DNA of 64,000 bases from positions 416,001 to 480,000 of the forward strand of contig JBGANV010000002.1 in assembly GCA_044222185.1 (NCBI GenBank), given 5' to 3'. Shown here in pieces: positions 8,807 to 18,506 of the stretch. The DNA comes from Planctomycetota bacterium. Its GTDB lineage: Bacteria; Planctomycetota; GCA-002687715; CAIWVZ01. The translations under genes were made by a program, and so were the position numbers. Position 1 is the first letter of the stretch. The number at the start of each line of letters is the position of its first letter. The notes under the pieces are model-generated. The model saw only the letters and a program-made list of their open reading frames with translations, had not been told where the DNA came from and ran no database searches.

Positions 8807-10206
8807 TTCAGGGTGAATTGATCGCTGCCGATCCGTTCATGCGGAGCAGAGCCGCGACGACCGAACGCATCCCAACGGACGTTGATGGCACCGCCCGCCT
8901 CCGCGGGCTGCGGCGCGAGCCTGCACAGCGTGAACGTCTCATCGGCGACGGCGTCCCAGATCCGGTCCCAGCGCGCGGCGCCCGATGCTGGCCCAGACCA
9001 CTTGATGTCTCCGGTGTCCTTCCCCGTCTTGGAGCCGTCGGTGGGTATGCGAGCCAGCGGCGACGAGATCACCTCGTAGATCTGACGGGACGTTCCGCTG
9101 CGCGTCAGCCGGTAGACGCGGCTCCAGTGGATGTCTCCCGAAAGGACGAGGACATCGTGCGGAGCCGTGAACAAGGCGTCGCAGAGCGTCGAGTAGTCGT
9201 CGTCGAAGTCGACGAGGTTGGCGTCTCCGAACAGGTGGAAGAAGCGCTGGAATCCGCCCACTCGTTCATCGACGAGGGGCTGGGAGAGCACGAGCACGCC
9301 GGGCCGCTCGAGTGACCGAAGCCAATCGACGCACCTCGCCATCCACTCCGCGGGCACGATGCGTGGGCGATCGGCGTCGTAGCGCGTGCGGCGCGTGCGC
9401 GTGTCCAGAAAGAACACGGGCACCTGCCCGAGAAAGAAGCCGAACGTCCGAGCCTCGTCGTCCAGGACCTGTCCCAGGCGACGATCGTTCGGCGCTGGCG
9501 CCCCAAAACGCGCGATGCGCGCCGCACCCAGGTTCAGTCCGGCCTGGTAGAGGCTGAAGGTGCGATCGCAGGCGTCGGCGAGCTTGCGCGACGCGAACGC
9601 CTGCCACACGTTGCCGTCGGGATAGTCGTTCCAGAACTCGTGGTCGTCGGCCATCACCATGTTGGGCGACGCGGTGATGAAGCGGCGGAAGCGTTCGTCG
9701 TTCCACTGGCGGAAGTAGCGCGGCCAGGGCTCGGGCGCGTCACCGAATAGGAGGGGCTGCCCCGACTCGGGCGAGAGATCCATGTAGATCTGGTCGCCGG
9801 CGAGGATGCGAAGGTGGATCGGATCGTTCGAACGCATCCCTGGGGTCGGGTATGCGTCCGGAAGGCGCCCACTCTGCGCGAGGGAGAGGCATGAACCGAT
9901 GGCCAGCGTCAGAGGCGCCGTCTCGTCCTCAGGGAGTGTGCGCGAATCTGCGAACGACTCCGTGTTCAAGCGGGCGGTCAGCCGGAACGGCGTATCGGCG
10001 GGCAAACCGAGCGTCGCCACGAGATACAAGAGCCCGGCGTCCGCGGGATCGTCCTGCCGGCTCATCGAGAAGCACTGGATGTCGGCCTCGATTGCGTTGC
10101 CGCCGACGGTGAGTGCGAGGTCGTTTGCGGTCAGCCGTCCACCCTCGGTCTTCATCACCCACCAGGTCAATGCGTCGGTGGATGGGCGACCGGGAACGAT
10201 CAACAC
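8803..10206 (-). CDS. PhoD-like (alkaline phosphatase D / phospholipase D) metallophosphoesterase
   Basis: IGSC, AGDQIYMD, DDHEFWND, LDTRT, LSGDIH and EVISSP motifs. Confidence 0.85.
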   Translation of the reverse strand: MLIVPGRPSTDALTWWVMKTEGGRLTANDLALTVGGNAIEADIQCFSMSRQDDPADAGLLYLVATLGLPADTPFRLTARLNTESFADSRTLPEDETAPLTLAIGSCLSLAQSGRLPDAYPTPGMRSNDPIHLRILAGDQIYMDLSPESGQPLLFGDAPEPWPRYFRQWNDERFRRFITASPNMVMADDHEFWNDYPDGNVWQAFASRKLADACDRTFSLYQAGLNLGAARIARFGAPAPNDRRLGQVLDDEARTFGFFLGQVPVFFLDTRTRRTRYDADRPRIVPAEWMARCVDWLRSLERPGVLVLSQPLVDERVGGFQRFFHLFGDANLVDFDDDYSTLCDALFTAPHDVLVLSGDIHWSRVYRLTRSGTSRQIYEVISSPLARIPTDGSKTGKDTGDIKWSGPASGAARWDRIWDAVADETFTLCRLAPQPAEAGGAINVRWDAFGRRGSAPHERIGSDQFTLK

Positions 10207-10430
10207 GGCGCGCCTCGCCGCCGTCCGTTCCGGGCGTGGGGGATGGAGCCACGGCCCTTGGATGCAGATCCTTCCACGCGCCGGCCTCCTGCCGCGGTGC
10301 TGTGCGGCTGCCGATTCCCGATCCTGATGAAACCGGGGCGGAGTGTAGAGATTCCACCGGCGTGGTCAACTCGAGCGGGTGTGTCCTGACGAGCCCGACT
10401 GCGGGCGGTCAGGCGCCCGTCGCGCAACGT

Positions 10431-12959
10431 TCACCCCAGGACGGACTTCAGGCCCCAGATCTCGGAGGCGTAGTCGTGGATCGTGCGATCGCTGGAGAAC
10501 GGACCCATGCCAGCGATGTTGTGGACGACCCAGCGATGCCACTCGGAAGGGCGGCGATAGAGCGCGTCGATTCGGTCCTGCGTCTCGAGCCAGGCGGGAA
10601 GATCGGCGAGGACGAACCAACGGTCGCCGCCGCTGACGAGCGCGTGGTGGAGCGAGCGGAACAGCGACGGCTCGTCGGGATGGAACGACGGGTCCGTCAT
10701 CATCTCGACGGCGTCGGCGATCTCGGGGTTTGCGGCGATGACCTGGCGTGGGTCGTAGCCGGCGGCGCGGCGTGCGGTGATCTCGTCGGCGGTGAGGCCG
10801 AAGTCGAAGAACCACTCGTGGCCGATGGCGTCGCGCATCTCGATGTTGGCGCCGTCGAGCGTCCCGATCGTGAGCGCGCCGTTCATGGCGAACTTCATGT
10901 TGCCGGTGCCGCTGGCCTCACAGCCGGCCGTAGAGATCTGCTCGGAGAGGTCGGCGGCGGGAATGATCTTCTCCGCCATCGAGACGCCGTAGTTCGGCAG
11001 GAAGACGACGGCCAGGCGATCGCGCGTCTGCGGGTCCGAGTTGATGATGTCGGCGACGCGGCAGATGAATCGCAGCACGAGCTTCGCCATGTAGTAGCCC
11101 GGCGCCGCCTTGCCCGCGAAGATCACGGCTCGGGGTTGCATGTCGCCGGCCGTGCCCGACTTCAGCCGGCGGTAGCGGATGAGCGTCCCGAGCGCGTTCA
11201 TCAACTGGCGTTTGTACTCGTGCAGTCGTTTGACCTGCACGTCGAAGAGCATCCGCGGATCGAGCGTGATCGCCGTCGAGTCCTTCACGAATGCCGCGAG
11301 GGCAGTCTTGTTCGCGAGCTTGATCGCCTGCAGTCGGGCTTGGAGTTCGGGATCGCCGGCCGAACGTCGCAGCGCCGACACGCAACCCAGATCGGTGATC
11401 CAACCCGGCCCGAGCCGCTCGGTGAGCAGCGCCCCGAGCGGCGGATTCGCCTTCAGCACCCACTGCCTCGGCGTGACGCCGTTCGTCTTGTTGCTGAGCT
11501 TCTTCGGCCACAACGCGTGGAAATCGGCGAACAGGTTCTGCTTCAACAGCTCCGTGTGAAGCGCGGAGACGCCATTCACCGCGTGGCTTCCGACGACGGC
11601 CACGTGCGCCATGCGGACCTGCTCGGAGTAGCCGGATTCGAAGAGCGACAGGCGGCTCGCGCGCTCGCCGTCACCGGGGAACCTGGCCCGGACGGCCTCG
11701 AGGAACCGCCGATCGATTTCCCGCGCGATCTGCAGATGGCGGGGGAGGACTTTCTGCATCAGGCTCGCGGGCCATTTCTCCAATGCTTCGGGCAGGAGGG
11801 TGTGGTTGGTGTACCCGACGCAGTCGACGACGAGCCTCCAGGCCGCGTCCCAATCCATGTGCTCGACGTCGACCAGCACGCGCATCAGCTCGATGACGGC
11901 CAGCGCCGGATGCGTGTCGTTCAGCTGGATGGCGAATTGGTCGGGGAGCTTCGACAGATCGGTCGTGCGCTCGCGGAACTTCCGCATCACGTCTGCGATG
12001 GAGCAGGCGACGAAGAAGTACTCCTGCATGAGGCGCAGCTCGCGACCCTGCTCGAGCGAGTCGTTCGGATAGAGGATCTTGGAGATCGACTCCGTGTTGG
12101 TCTTCTCGCGGACCGCGCCCACGTAGTCGCCCTGGTTGAAGAGATCGAGGTCGAGGCCCGAGGTGGCCGTCGCCTGCCACAGCCGCAGCATGTTCACGAA
12201 GCGGCCCCCGAAACCCACGACGGGGATGTCTTTGGGAACACCGATGACCGCGTGGGTTTCGACCCACTTGGGGGCGAACCGTCCCGCGGAATCCGTCCCG
12301 TCGACCACGCGCCCGTAGAACTCGACCTTCACGGCGTGGTCCGGACGTGCGATGAGCCAGGGCGATGGCGACCGCAGCCAGTTGTCCAGGCGTTCGACCT
12401 GGCGGCCGTTGACGATCTCCTGACGGAACATCCCATGCTCGTAGAGGATGCCGTATCCCGTCGCGGGATACCCCATGGTGGCGAGGGAGTCGAGGAAGCA
12501 CGCCGCGAGGCGACCCAGTCCACCGTTTCCGAGGCCCGCTTCGGGCTCCAGATCAGCGAGCTGGGCGAGGTTGACACCGAGCGGTGCCAGCGCCTGCTCG
12601 ACGGCGTCGTGGATCCCCAGGTTCAGGATGTTGCTCGTGAGCAGACGTCCGATGAGGAACTCCATCGACAGGTAGCAGACCTGCTTGCTGCCGGTGTGAT
12701 TGATCCGCGCCGCCGCGTCGTGGAGCGATTCCACGATCAGGTCGCGAACCGAGTAGGCGAGGCTCATGTAGACGTCGCGTGAGGACGCCTCGTCTGGCCG
12801 GATCCCCAGGCGGAACTTCATGTTCTCGACCATCGACCGGCGCATCCCGTCGACGTCCGTCGTGCGGCGCGTCGCCAGCCAGATGCGCTGAAAGGCGTCC
12901 CGTGCGCGGGCCGCCAGCTCCGAGGCCGTCGTTTGTGAACTGTCGACCGTCGAGGTCAC
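10431..12959 (-). CDS. glgP: Glycogen/starch phosphorylase
   Basis: YLSMEFLIGR, LGNGGLGRLAACFLDS, QLNDTHP, YTNHTLLPEALE, KRLHEYKRQ and PLP site EASGTGNMK. Likely start GTG 12959 after GGAGAAGG. Confidence 0.97.
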   Translation of the reverse strand: MTSTVDSSQTTASELAARARDAFQRIWLATRRTTDVDGMRRSMVENMKFRLGIRPDEASSRDVYMSLAYSVRDLIVESLHDAAARINHTGSKQVCYLSMEFLIGRLLTSNILNLGIHDAVEQALAPLGVNLAQLADLEPEAGLGNGGLGRLAACFLDSLATMGYPATGYGILYEHGMFRQEIVNGRQVERLDNWLRSPSPWLIARPDHAVKVEFYGRVVDGTDSAGRFAPKWVETHAVIGVPKDIPVVGFGGRFVNMLRLWQATATSGLDLDLFNQGDYVGAVREKTNTESISKILYPNDSLEQGRELRLMQEYFFVACSIADVMRKFRERTTDLSKLPDQFAIQLNDTHPALAVIELMRVLVDVEHMDWDAAWRLVVDCVGYTNHTLLPEALEKWPASLMQKVLPRHLQIAREIDRRFLEAVRARFPGDGERASRLSLFESGYSEQVRMAHVAVVGSHAVNGVSALHTELLKQNLFADFHALWPKKLSNKTNGVTPRQWVLKANPPLGALLTERLGPGWITDLGCVSALRRSAGDPELQARLQAIKLANKTALAAFVKDSTAITLDPRMLFDVQVKRLHEYKRQLMNALGTLIRYRRLKSGTAGDMQPRAVIFAGKAAPGYYMAKLVLRFICRVADIINSDPQTRDRLAVVFLPNYGVSMAEKIIPAADLSEQISTAGCEASGTGNMKFAMNGALTIGTLDGANIEMRDAIGHEWFFDFGLTADEITARRAAGYDPRQVIAANPEIADAVEMMTDPSFHPDEPSLFRSLHHALVSGGDRWFVLADLPAWLETQDRIDALYRRPSEWHRWVVHNIAGMGPFSSDRTIHDYASEIWGLKSVLG

Positions 12960-13092
12960 GCTCAAACCTTCTCCGATGCGAGTCTTCGCGGGCGGACTCT
13001 GGCGCCCCACGAGCCGTAGGTCAAGTGTCGGTCCGGCCCCGATGACGTTTCTGTTCATCGGCAGTCTCGGTCGATGGCTATCATCCGGCCCC

Positions 13093-15354
13093 ATGCACGA
13101 GCCCGCCGCAGCTCCGTCATCCGCGCGCCCATCGATGCGTTTCGGTGTTGCGGTGATACTGCTCGCGGCCCTCGGTCAGGCGTGGAGCATTCCGCTCCCG
13201 TTTCAGGCCGACGATTACCTGATTCTTCCGCGCGTCGGCGAGGCGTTGGGCCTGGAACCCCGGCCGGCGTGGGTCCAGGTGGTCGGCGGCAGAATGGAAA
13301 ATCACTACCTCTTCCGCCCGACGACGTGGGTTCTGTGGTGGTGCCTGATTCGGTTGAGCGACGGGCTGGCATCCCCGGCCACGTTCCACGTCGTCGCCAT
13401 ATCGTTGCACGCGTTCACGGCATGGTTGCTCTACCGCCTGCTGCGCACGCGAATGGACGCAGCCGCGGCTGCGATGGGCGCCGGCCTGTTCGGGATCCTG
13501 CCCGGCGGTGCGCAGGCCGTGAGCTGGATCTCGGCCCAGGGCGATCAGCTCGCCGTCCTATTCACGATCGTGCTCGGGCTCTGCATCGTCCGCCACCGAT
13601 CGACGGGCTCACGCGCGAGCGCGTGGATGGCGGGCATCTCCGCGGCACTGGCCTTCTGCAGCAAGGACGTGGCGCTCGCGTCGTTCCCGCTCGTGGCACT
13701 GGCCTGGTTTCACCGTGACCCGACGGTCGAGCGCCGCAAACCCTGGATCCTCCTGGCGAGCGTGGCCGTCGGCGTGGGCGTCGCGGTTGCAGCGCGTGCT
13801 TGGTATCTCGGCACCTGGCGACCGCAGTACCTCACGGACGCCCAGCTCCGGCCCGGTGACCTCCTGGCGATTCCCGCGATCCTCATGCGGAGCCTCGCCT
13901 ACTGGAACTCGGCGGACGTCTTCGCCGGAATGGCGCCGGGGACTGCGCAGCTGCTCCGCGGACTGGGTAGCGGAGACGTCGTCTTCGGGCTCCGCACCGT
14001 CGCCCTGGTCACCGCGCTGATTCCCGCGCTCGTCGGGCTCGCGCTCCGCCCTCGCAACTTCGCGCGGTCGTTGCTCATCCTGGTCGGGTGGGTCTGCGTT
14101 CTCGTGCCTCCGCTGGTCGTGTTCGTCGACACCGGCGACCACTCGATCTCCCGTGTGTTCTACCCCGGCATGGCTGCGTTCGCGGTCTGGGTGGCCGCGA
14201 CCTCGGAAGGCCTCGTTCGATCCGGGCGTCGCCTCCTGATCGTGGCCGCATTCGCGCCACTCGCCATCTACACGGTGGACATGAGCGTTCACCTGGCGCG
14301 GACGGAGCTTCTCGCCGGCGCGGGCATCCAGTCTCGCCTCGAGTCGCTCCGAGACGTCGCGGACGAGAGCCCGCCCGGTACGCGCTTCGTCGTCGTCGAC
14401 CCCGAGGGTGACTTTGGCGGAATCCCCACGCTCCAGTTCACGATCCAGTTTGCGACCCATGCGCCGTTCACGCGGCGGCCCGTCGACGTGCGCTGGACGC
14501 GCGACATCGGCGACGTGACGGACCTCGATGGCTTTCGGGAGGATCCACGGGGCATGGTCGTCCTCAGCGTGCAGGATCGCCGGTTCACGCGCGCGTGTCC
14601 GGACCTCGCTCCGCTTCCGGACCAACTTCCCGACCTGAAGCCCGACCCGGCCGCGCCCGGCACCTACCGATTCACGACGCCCGTGCCCGCGCGCGCGCTG
14701 GGTGGGCTCGTGGCGCGGACGCAGGCGGTGGCGGCTCCGGTCGCGATCCGGTTCACGATCGCAGGGTCGGGCGGGGAGACGTCCGTCGAGCTTCGCGTCG
14801 CGAAACTGCCGGCCGACCACCGTGTCGCCTTGCCGCTTCCGGAAGAGTTGCGCTGGCTCAGCGATCCGGCCATCGATCACGTGACGGTCGATCCGAACGT
14901 CGTGGCGGAGGTGGTCGCGATCCGTACGCTTCCGCTCATCGAAGCGACCTACCCGACGGGCAGGGCTCGCGTCACACAGGGCGTCCTGCCGCCACTCGTG
15001 TTTCGCGCGCCGAGCGCGGCGCCGGCCTACCGAGCGACGGTCGAGTTCGACCTCGGCATCGCGTCGCGCCCGCGTTTCGCGCTGGAGGTGCCGCTCGCGC
15101 GCCTGGACACGCGTGCGGACGGAAGCCTGGTCCTTCTCGGGGATCGTGCAACCTCAGCGACGCTGCTCCGGAACGGCGGCCTCGCGGGAATCGAACAGGT
15201 CCTCGCATCCGCGGCGGATCGGTTGCAGTGGACGGGTACGCATTCGTTCGCCGTCACCTGGCGCGTCGAGGGAATCGACGTCGAGACGGGTGTCGCGATC
15301 TCGCGCTCGCGCTGGCAGGACTTCACCGTGGTGCGTGCCGAGCCGCCCCCCTGA
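13093..15354 (+). CDS. GT-C-fold (ArnT/PMT/TMTC-like) polytopic membrane protein with a large C-terminal extracytoplasmic region
   Basis: FQADDY after TM1, YLFRP, AVSWISA, FCSKD and about 11 TM segments, then a soluble beta-rich tail. Start uncertain (13093 or 13135). Confidence 0.6.
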   Translation: MHEPAAAPSSARPSMRFGVAVILLAALGQAWSIPLPFQADDYLILPRVGEALGLEPRPAWVQVVGGRMENHYLFRPTTWVLWWCLIRLSDGLASPATFHVVAISLHAFTAWLLYRLLRTRMDAAAAAMGAGLFGILPGGAQAVSWISAQGDQLAVLFTIVLGLCIVRHRSTGSRASAWMAGISAALAFCSKDVALASFPLVALAWFHRDPTVERRKPWILLASVAVGVGVAVAARAWYLGTWRPQYLTDAQLRPGDLLAIPAILMRSLAYWNSADVFAGMAPGTAQLLRGLGSGDVVFGLRTVALVTALIPALVGLALRPRNFARSLLILVGWVCVLVPPLVVFVDTGDHSISRVFYPGMAAFAVWVAATSEGLVRSGRRLLIVAAFAPLAIYTVDMSVHLARTELLAGAGIQSRLESLRDVADESPPGTRFVVVDPEGDFGGIPTLQFTIQFATHAPFTRRPVDVRWTRDIGDVTDLDGFREDPRGMVVLSVQDRRFTRACPDLAPLPDQLPDLKPDPAAPGTYRFTTPVPARALGGLVARTQAVAAPVAIRFTIAGSGGETSVELRVAKLPADHRVALPLPEELRWLSDPAIDHVTVDPNVVAEVVAIRTLPLIEATYPTGRARVTQGVLPPLVFRAPSAAPAYRATVEFDLGIASRPRFALEVPLARLDTRADGSLVLLGDRATSATLLRNGGLAGIEQVLASAADRLQWTGTHSFAVTWRVEGIDVETGVAISRSRWQDFTVVRAEPPP

Positions 15355-15365
15355 CCCGGGATCGC

Positions 15366-16094
15366 TCAGTACCGCCGGCGCGGCGCGTTGATGTAGCGGC
15401 AATCAGGGCAGCGCAGAGTGTCGGCCGCCAGGAGCCGCACCATGCCCGGCGCGCGCTGGATCGTGAGGCGGTCGCCACCGTCCACCGGGAAGAGGTGGGG
15501 CTCGTTGTCCGAGGTGAGTGTCGCCGGCCCGCGCGTGAGGTCGATCGTCAAAACTTCCGTTTCGCCGATGACGAGGTGATTCAGAAGGTCCGTGCAGTTG
15601 TTGAACGCCACGCCGATTCCCGTGCGGATCATCATTCGCGTGACGGAGCGGAAATAGGCCGACGAGCCGAAGGGTGTCGCGACGACGAGGCCGTCGCCGA
15701 TGATCTCCTCCGTCACACGTTGCCCATTCAACGAGACGAAGAAGCGCACCGCCGATCGGGGATCGGAGTTGCGGAAGATGATGTCGTTCATCGCGACCGT
15801 CGTGTGATCGCGGCAGGCGCCCACGAGCTTGATCAACCGCTCCTCGGTGAGTCCGCCGGTGGCGAGCCGTTCGAGCACGCGCTCGTCCTTGTGGCGATCG
15901 CATTTGATGCACGTGGAGTCGTGGCGCATCCCGATCTTGGGGATCTCGGGGTAGTCGCGCTCCGCCCCGATCAACGTGCCATCGCCGCCGTAGGCGATGA
16001 TGACGTCGGGTCTCTCGCCTCCGGGCTCGAATCCCATGGCACTGACTTTCGCCAGGAACGCGTCCACGGGCCGGCCGATGATCTTGATCCTCAT
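15366..16094 (-). CDS. nadK: NAD(+) kinase
   Basis: GGDGT, MND and GDGLVVATPFGSSAY motifs. Confidence 0.85.
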   Translation of the reverse strand: MRIKIIGRPVDAFLAKVSAMGFEPGGERPDVIIAYGGDGTLIGAERDYPEIPKIGMRHDSTCIKCDRHKDERVLERLATGGLTEERLIKLVGACRDHTTVAMNDIIFRNSDPRSAVRFFVSLNGQRVTEEIIGDGLVVATPFGSSAYFRSVTRMMIRTGIGVAFNNCTDLLNHLVIGETEVLTIDLTRGPATLTSDNEPHLFPVDGGDRLTIQRAPGMVRLLAADTLRCPDCRYINAPRRRY

Positions 16095-16143
16095 GGTGGA
16101 GTCGCGCGAGGGTAACTGATCGCTCGGGAGCGGGGAACGGGCG

Positions 16144-17064
16144 TCAAGCCTGTGTCGCGGCGGACGCCAGGAGGCCCTCGACGTCGGCCCGATGGGGGAG
16201 TGACGATTGGGCTCCTGCGCGCGTGACCGCGAGCGCGCCCGCCGCGGCTGCGAATCGCAGCGCATGACGGACGGGCGACGCCATCGCACAAGCCGTGGCG
16301 AATGATCCGACGAAGGCGTCGCCGGCGCCCACCGTGTCGACGGCGTTCACCGGAAAGGCCGGCGTGCGAATCAACTCGCTCTCGTGGAGCGTGAGCGCGC
16401 CTCGATCCCCGAGGGTCACGACGACCGTCTTTGGACCGAGCGCCCGGAGCGCCGCAAGCAACGTCGAGATCTCACCGCTCGTCCCGGCCACGATCGCGGC
16501 CTCCGTTTCGTTGACGACGAGCGTGCGGACGCCCGCGAGCAGCTCGCGGGGCAGTGTCGCCGCCGGCGCGGCGTTCAGGATGACGTGACGATCGGACGCC
16601 GCCGCCAGTTGGACTGCATGCGTGATGGCCGCGAGCGGCGTCTCGAGCTGCACGACGAGCACGTCGGCGTCCACGATGGCCTGCCGGCTTCGGTCCACGT
16701 CGGAGGGTGTGAGGGTCGCGTTGGCACCCGCTGCAACGACGATCGTGTTGGCGCCGGCCGCGTCGACCGTGATGAGGGCGATCCCCGTGGGGACATCATC
16801 ACGGCGGAGCACCCCGGTGACGTCCACACCGTCGGCCGCCAGACCGGCGACGAGTGCGTTGCCGAAGGCATCCTGGCCGCACGCCCCGACCATGGTCACT
16901 CGAGCGCCGAGGCGCGCGGCCGCGACTGCCTGATTGGCGCCCTTCCCGCCAGCGTGATTCGCGAACCCCCCGCCGAGAAGCGTCTCACCAGGCGCAGGAA
17001 GTCTCGGCGTCGTGACGACCAGATCCATGTTGAGCGACCCCACGACCACGACGGATGGCGTCAT
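16144..17064 (-). CDS. rbsK: Ribokinase
   Basis: VVGSLNMDLV, GGKGANQAVAAARLG, QLE, NAAP, NETE and DTVGAGDAF. Confidence 0.92.
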   Translation of the reverse strand: MTPSVVVVGSLNMDLVVTTPRLPAPGETLLGGGFANHAGGKGANQAVAAARLGARVTMVGACGQDAFGNALVAGLAADGVDVTGVLRRDDVPTGIALITVDAAGANTIVVAAGANATLTPSDVDRSRQAIVDADVLVVQLETPLAAITHAVQLAAASDRHVILNAAPAATLPRELLAGVRTLVVNETEAAIVAGTSGEISTLLAALRALGPKTVVVTLGDRGALTLHESELIRTPAFPVNAVDTVGAGDAFVGSFATACAMASPVRHALRFAAAAGALAVTRAGAQSSLPHRADVEGLLASAATQA

Positions 17065-17179
17065 GAGCGGAGCTTAGCCGCTGGCGCGAAAGCCGCCGAG
17101 GCACGGGCACACGCTCGCGCGTTTGGCGAGTATGATCCGCGTCCATCCCCTACGCTGACCGACACGAACGGAGTCGTCG

Positions 17180-18457
17180 ATGTTGTCCGGACGCGCCCTC
17201 TGCCTGGCTTCGCTCCTCGTCCTCAACGGTGCGATCGTCGTCGCACAGGAGTCGAAACCGACCACCGAGGCTCAGCTCAAGTCAGCCATCGCTGACGGAG
17301 TCAAGCTCCTGATCGCGCAACAGGAGAACTACATCCTCGGACTTGAGCCGCGTCCGCGCAGGTTCAAGACGCCCGAGGACGAGAAGGCCTGGGCCGCTCG
17401 CAACCAGGCCAGGATCGAGGTCGCCCGGAAGGATGGCAAGGCTGCCACGGAGTGGCCGTACGAGGGTGTGTACCGCGTCGGAGCCGAGATCCCACCCGGG
17501 TACCGCGTCGGCGGTACGGCGATCGTCTGCTGGTCGTTGATGGAGGTGCCGGGCTTCGATGGGGACGCGGCGCGGCAGGCTGCCGTCGCGCGCGGTCTCG
17601 ACTTCGCGATGCACGAACTCGAGACGAACGACCTCCTTCAAAATGGATTCCTCGGGACCTACGACGTTCGCGGGTGGGCGCATGCCTACGGACTGCACGT
17701 GCTGTTGCGCGCGCTCGAGTTGAAGGCCGTCACGGGCGAGCGGGCGACCCGGGCGAAGGCGCTGATCCAGAAGCTCATCAAGACGATCGAGGACACGGAG
17801 ATCGCGAAGACCGGAGGATGGAACTACTCGCGCCCGGCCGGGATGACGAAGAGCAATCCATCGAGCACGTTCATGACCGCCCCGACGCTTCAGGCGCTCT
17901 TCGCCGCGAAGAAGCAGGGGTTTGCGGTGAAGCCCGAGGTGATCGCGCGCGGACTCGACGTCCTCGAGAAGGCGCGCGTGGATTCCGGCGCGTTCCAGTA
18001 CGGGCAGAGCGAGCGTGGGCGGACTTCGCCCATCAACACGCCGGCGGGATCGTGCGCGCGCACCGCGATCTGCGAGGTGACCCTCCTGGCCGCAGGTCGT
18101 TCGTCGGTCGATCGGGTGCGCGACGCAGTGAAGGCCTTCTTCGCGAATTGGCAGTTCCTGGAGGACCGCCGCAGGAAACCGGGCACCCACGAGGGTCCCT
18201 ACGCCATAGCGCCCTACTTCTTCCACTACGGTCACACGTACGTCGCCCAGGCGATCGAGGCGCTTCCCGCGGCGGAGCGGGCCCCGTTGCGCGAGCAGCT
18301 CTATCAGCTCTATTGGAAGACGCGGGAGGCGGACGGCGGGTGGAACGACCGCGAGTTCCCGCGCTCGGAAGGCTTCGGCACGGCGATGGCGATTCTCGGG
18401 ATGCTGATGCCGAATCTACCCGAGCCCGCGCGCTACGTCGGCTCGCAGCAGCGTTGA
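17180..18457 (+). CDS. Secreted prenyltransferase/squalene-oxidase-repeat (alpha/alpha barrel) protein
   Basis: Signal peptide ending VVA-QE; repeated G[GA][WF]xY motifs (TGGWNY, SGAFQY, DGGWND). Confidence 0.65.
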   Translation: MLSGRALCLASLLVLNGAIVVAQESKPTTEAQLKSAIADGVKLLIAQQENYILGLEPRPRRFKTPEDEKAWAARNQARIEVARKDGKAATEWPYEGVYRVGAEIPPGYRVGGTAIVCWSLMEVPGFDGDAARQAAVARGLDFAMHELETNDLLQNGFLGTYDVRGWAHAYGLHVLLRALELKAVTGERATRAKALIQKLIKTIEDTEIAKTGGWNYSRPAGMTKSNPSSTFMTAPTLQALFAAKKQGFAVKPEVIARGLDVLEKARVDSGAFQYGQSERGRTSPINTPAGSCARTAICEVTLLAAGRSSVDRVRDAVKAFFANWQFLEDRRRKPGTHEGPYAIAPYFFHYGHTYVAQAIEALPAAERAPLREQLYQLYWKTREADGGWNDREFPRSEGFGTAMAILGMLMPNLPEPARYVGSQQR

Positions 18458-18506
18458 GGGAGCGGTCGCGCGGCGCTGGTAGCATCTCCGCCTTCGGAGC
18501 TGCCCC

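Noticed and set aside
10113-12782. 889-aa ORF on the + strand
   Set aside because: Antisense shadow of glgP.
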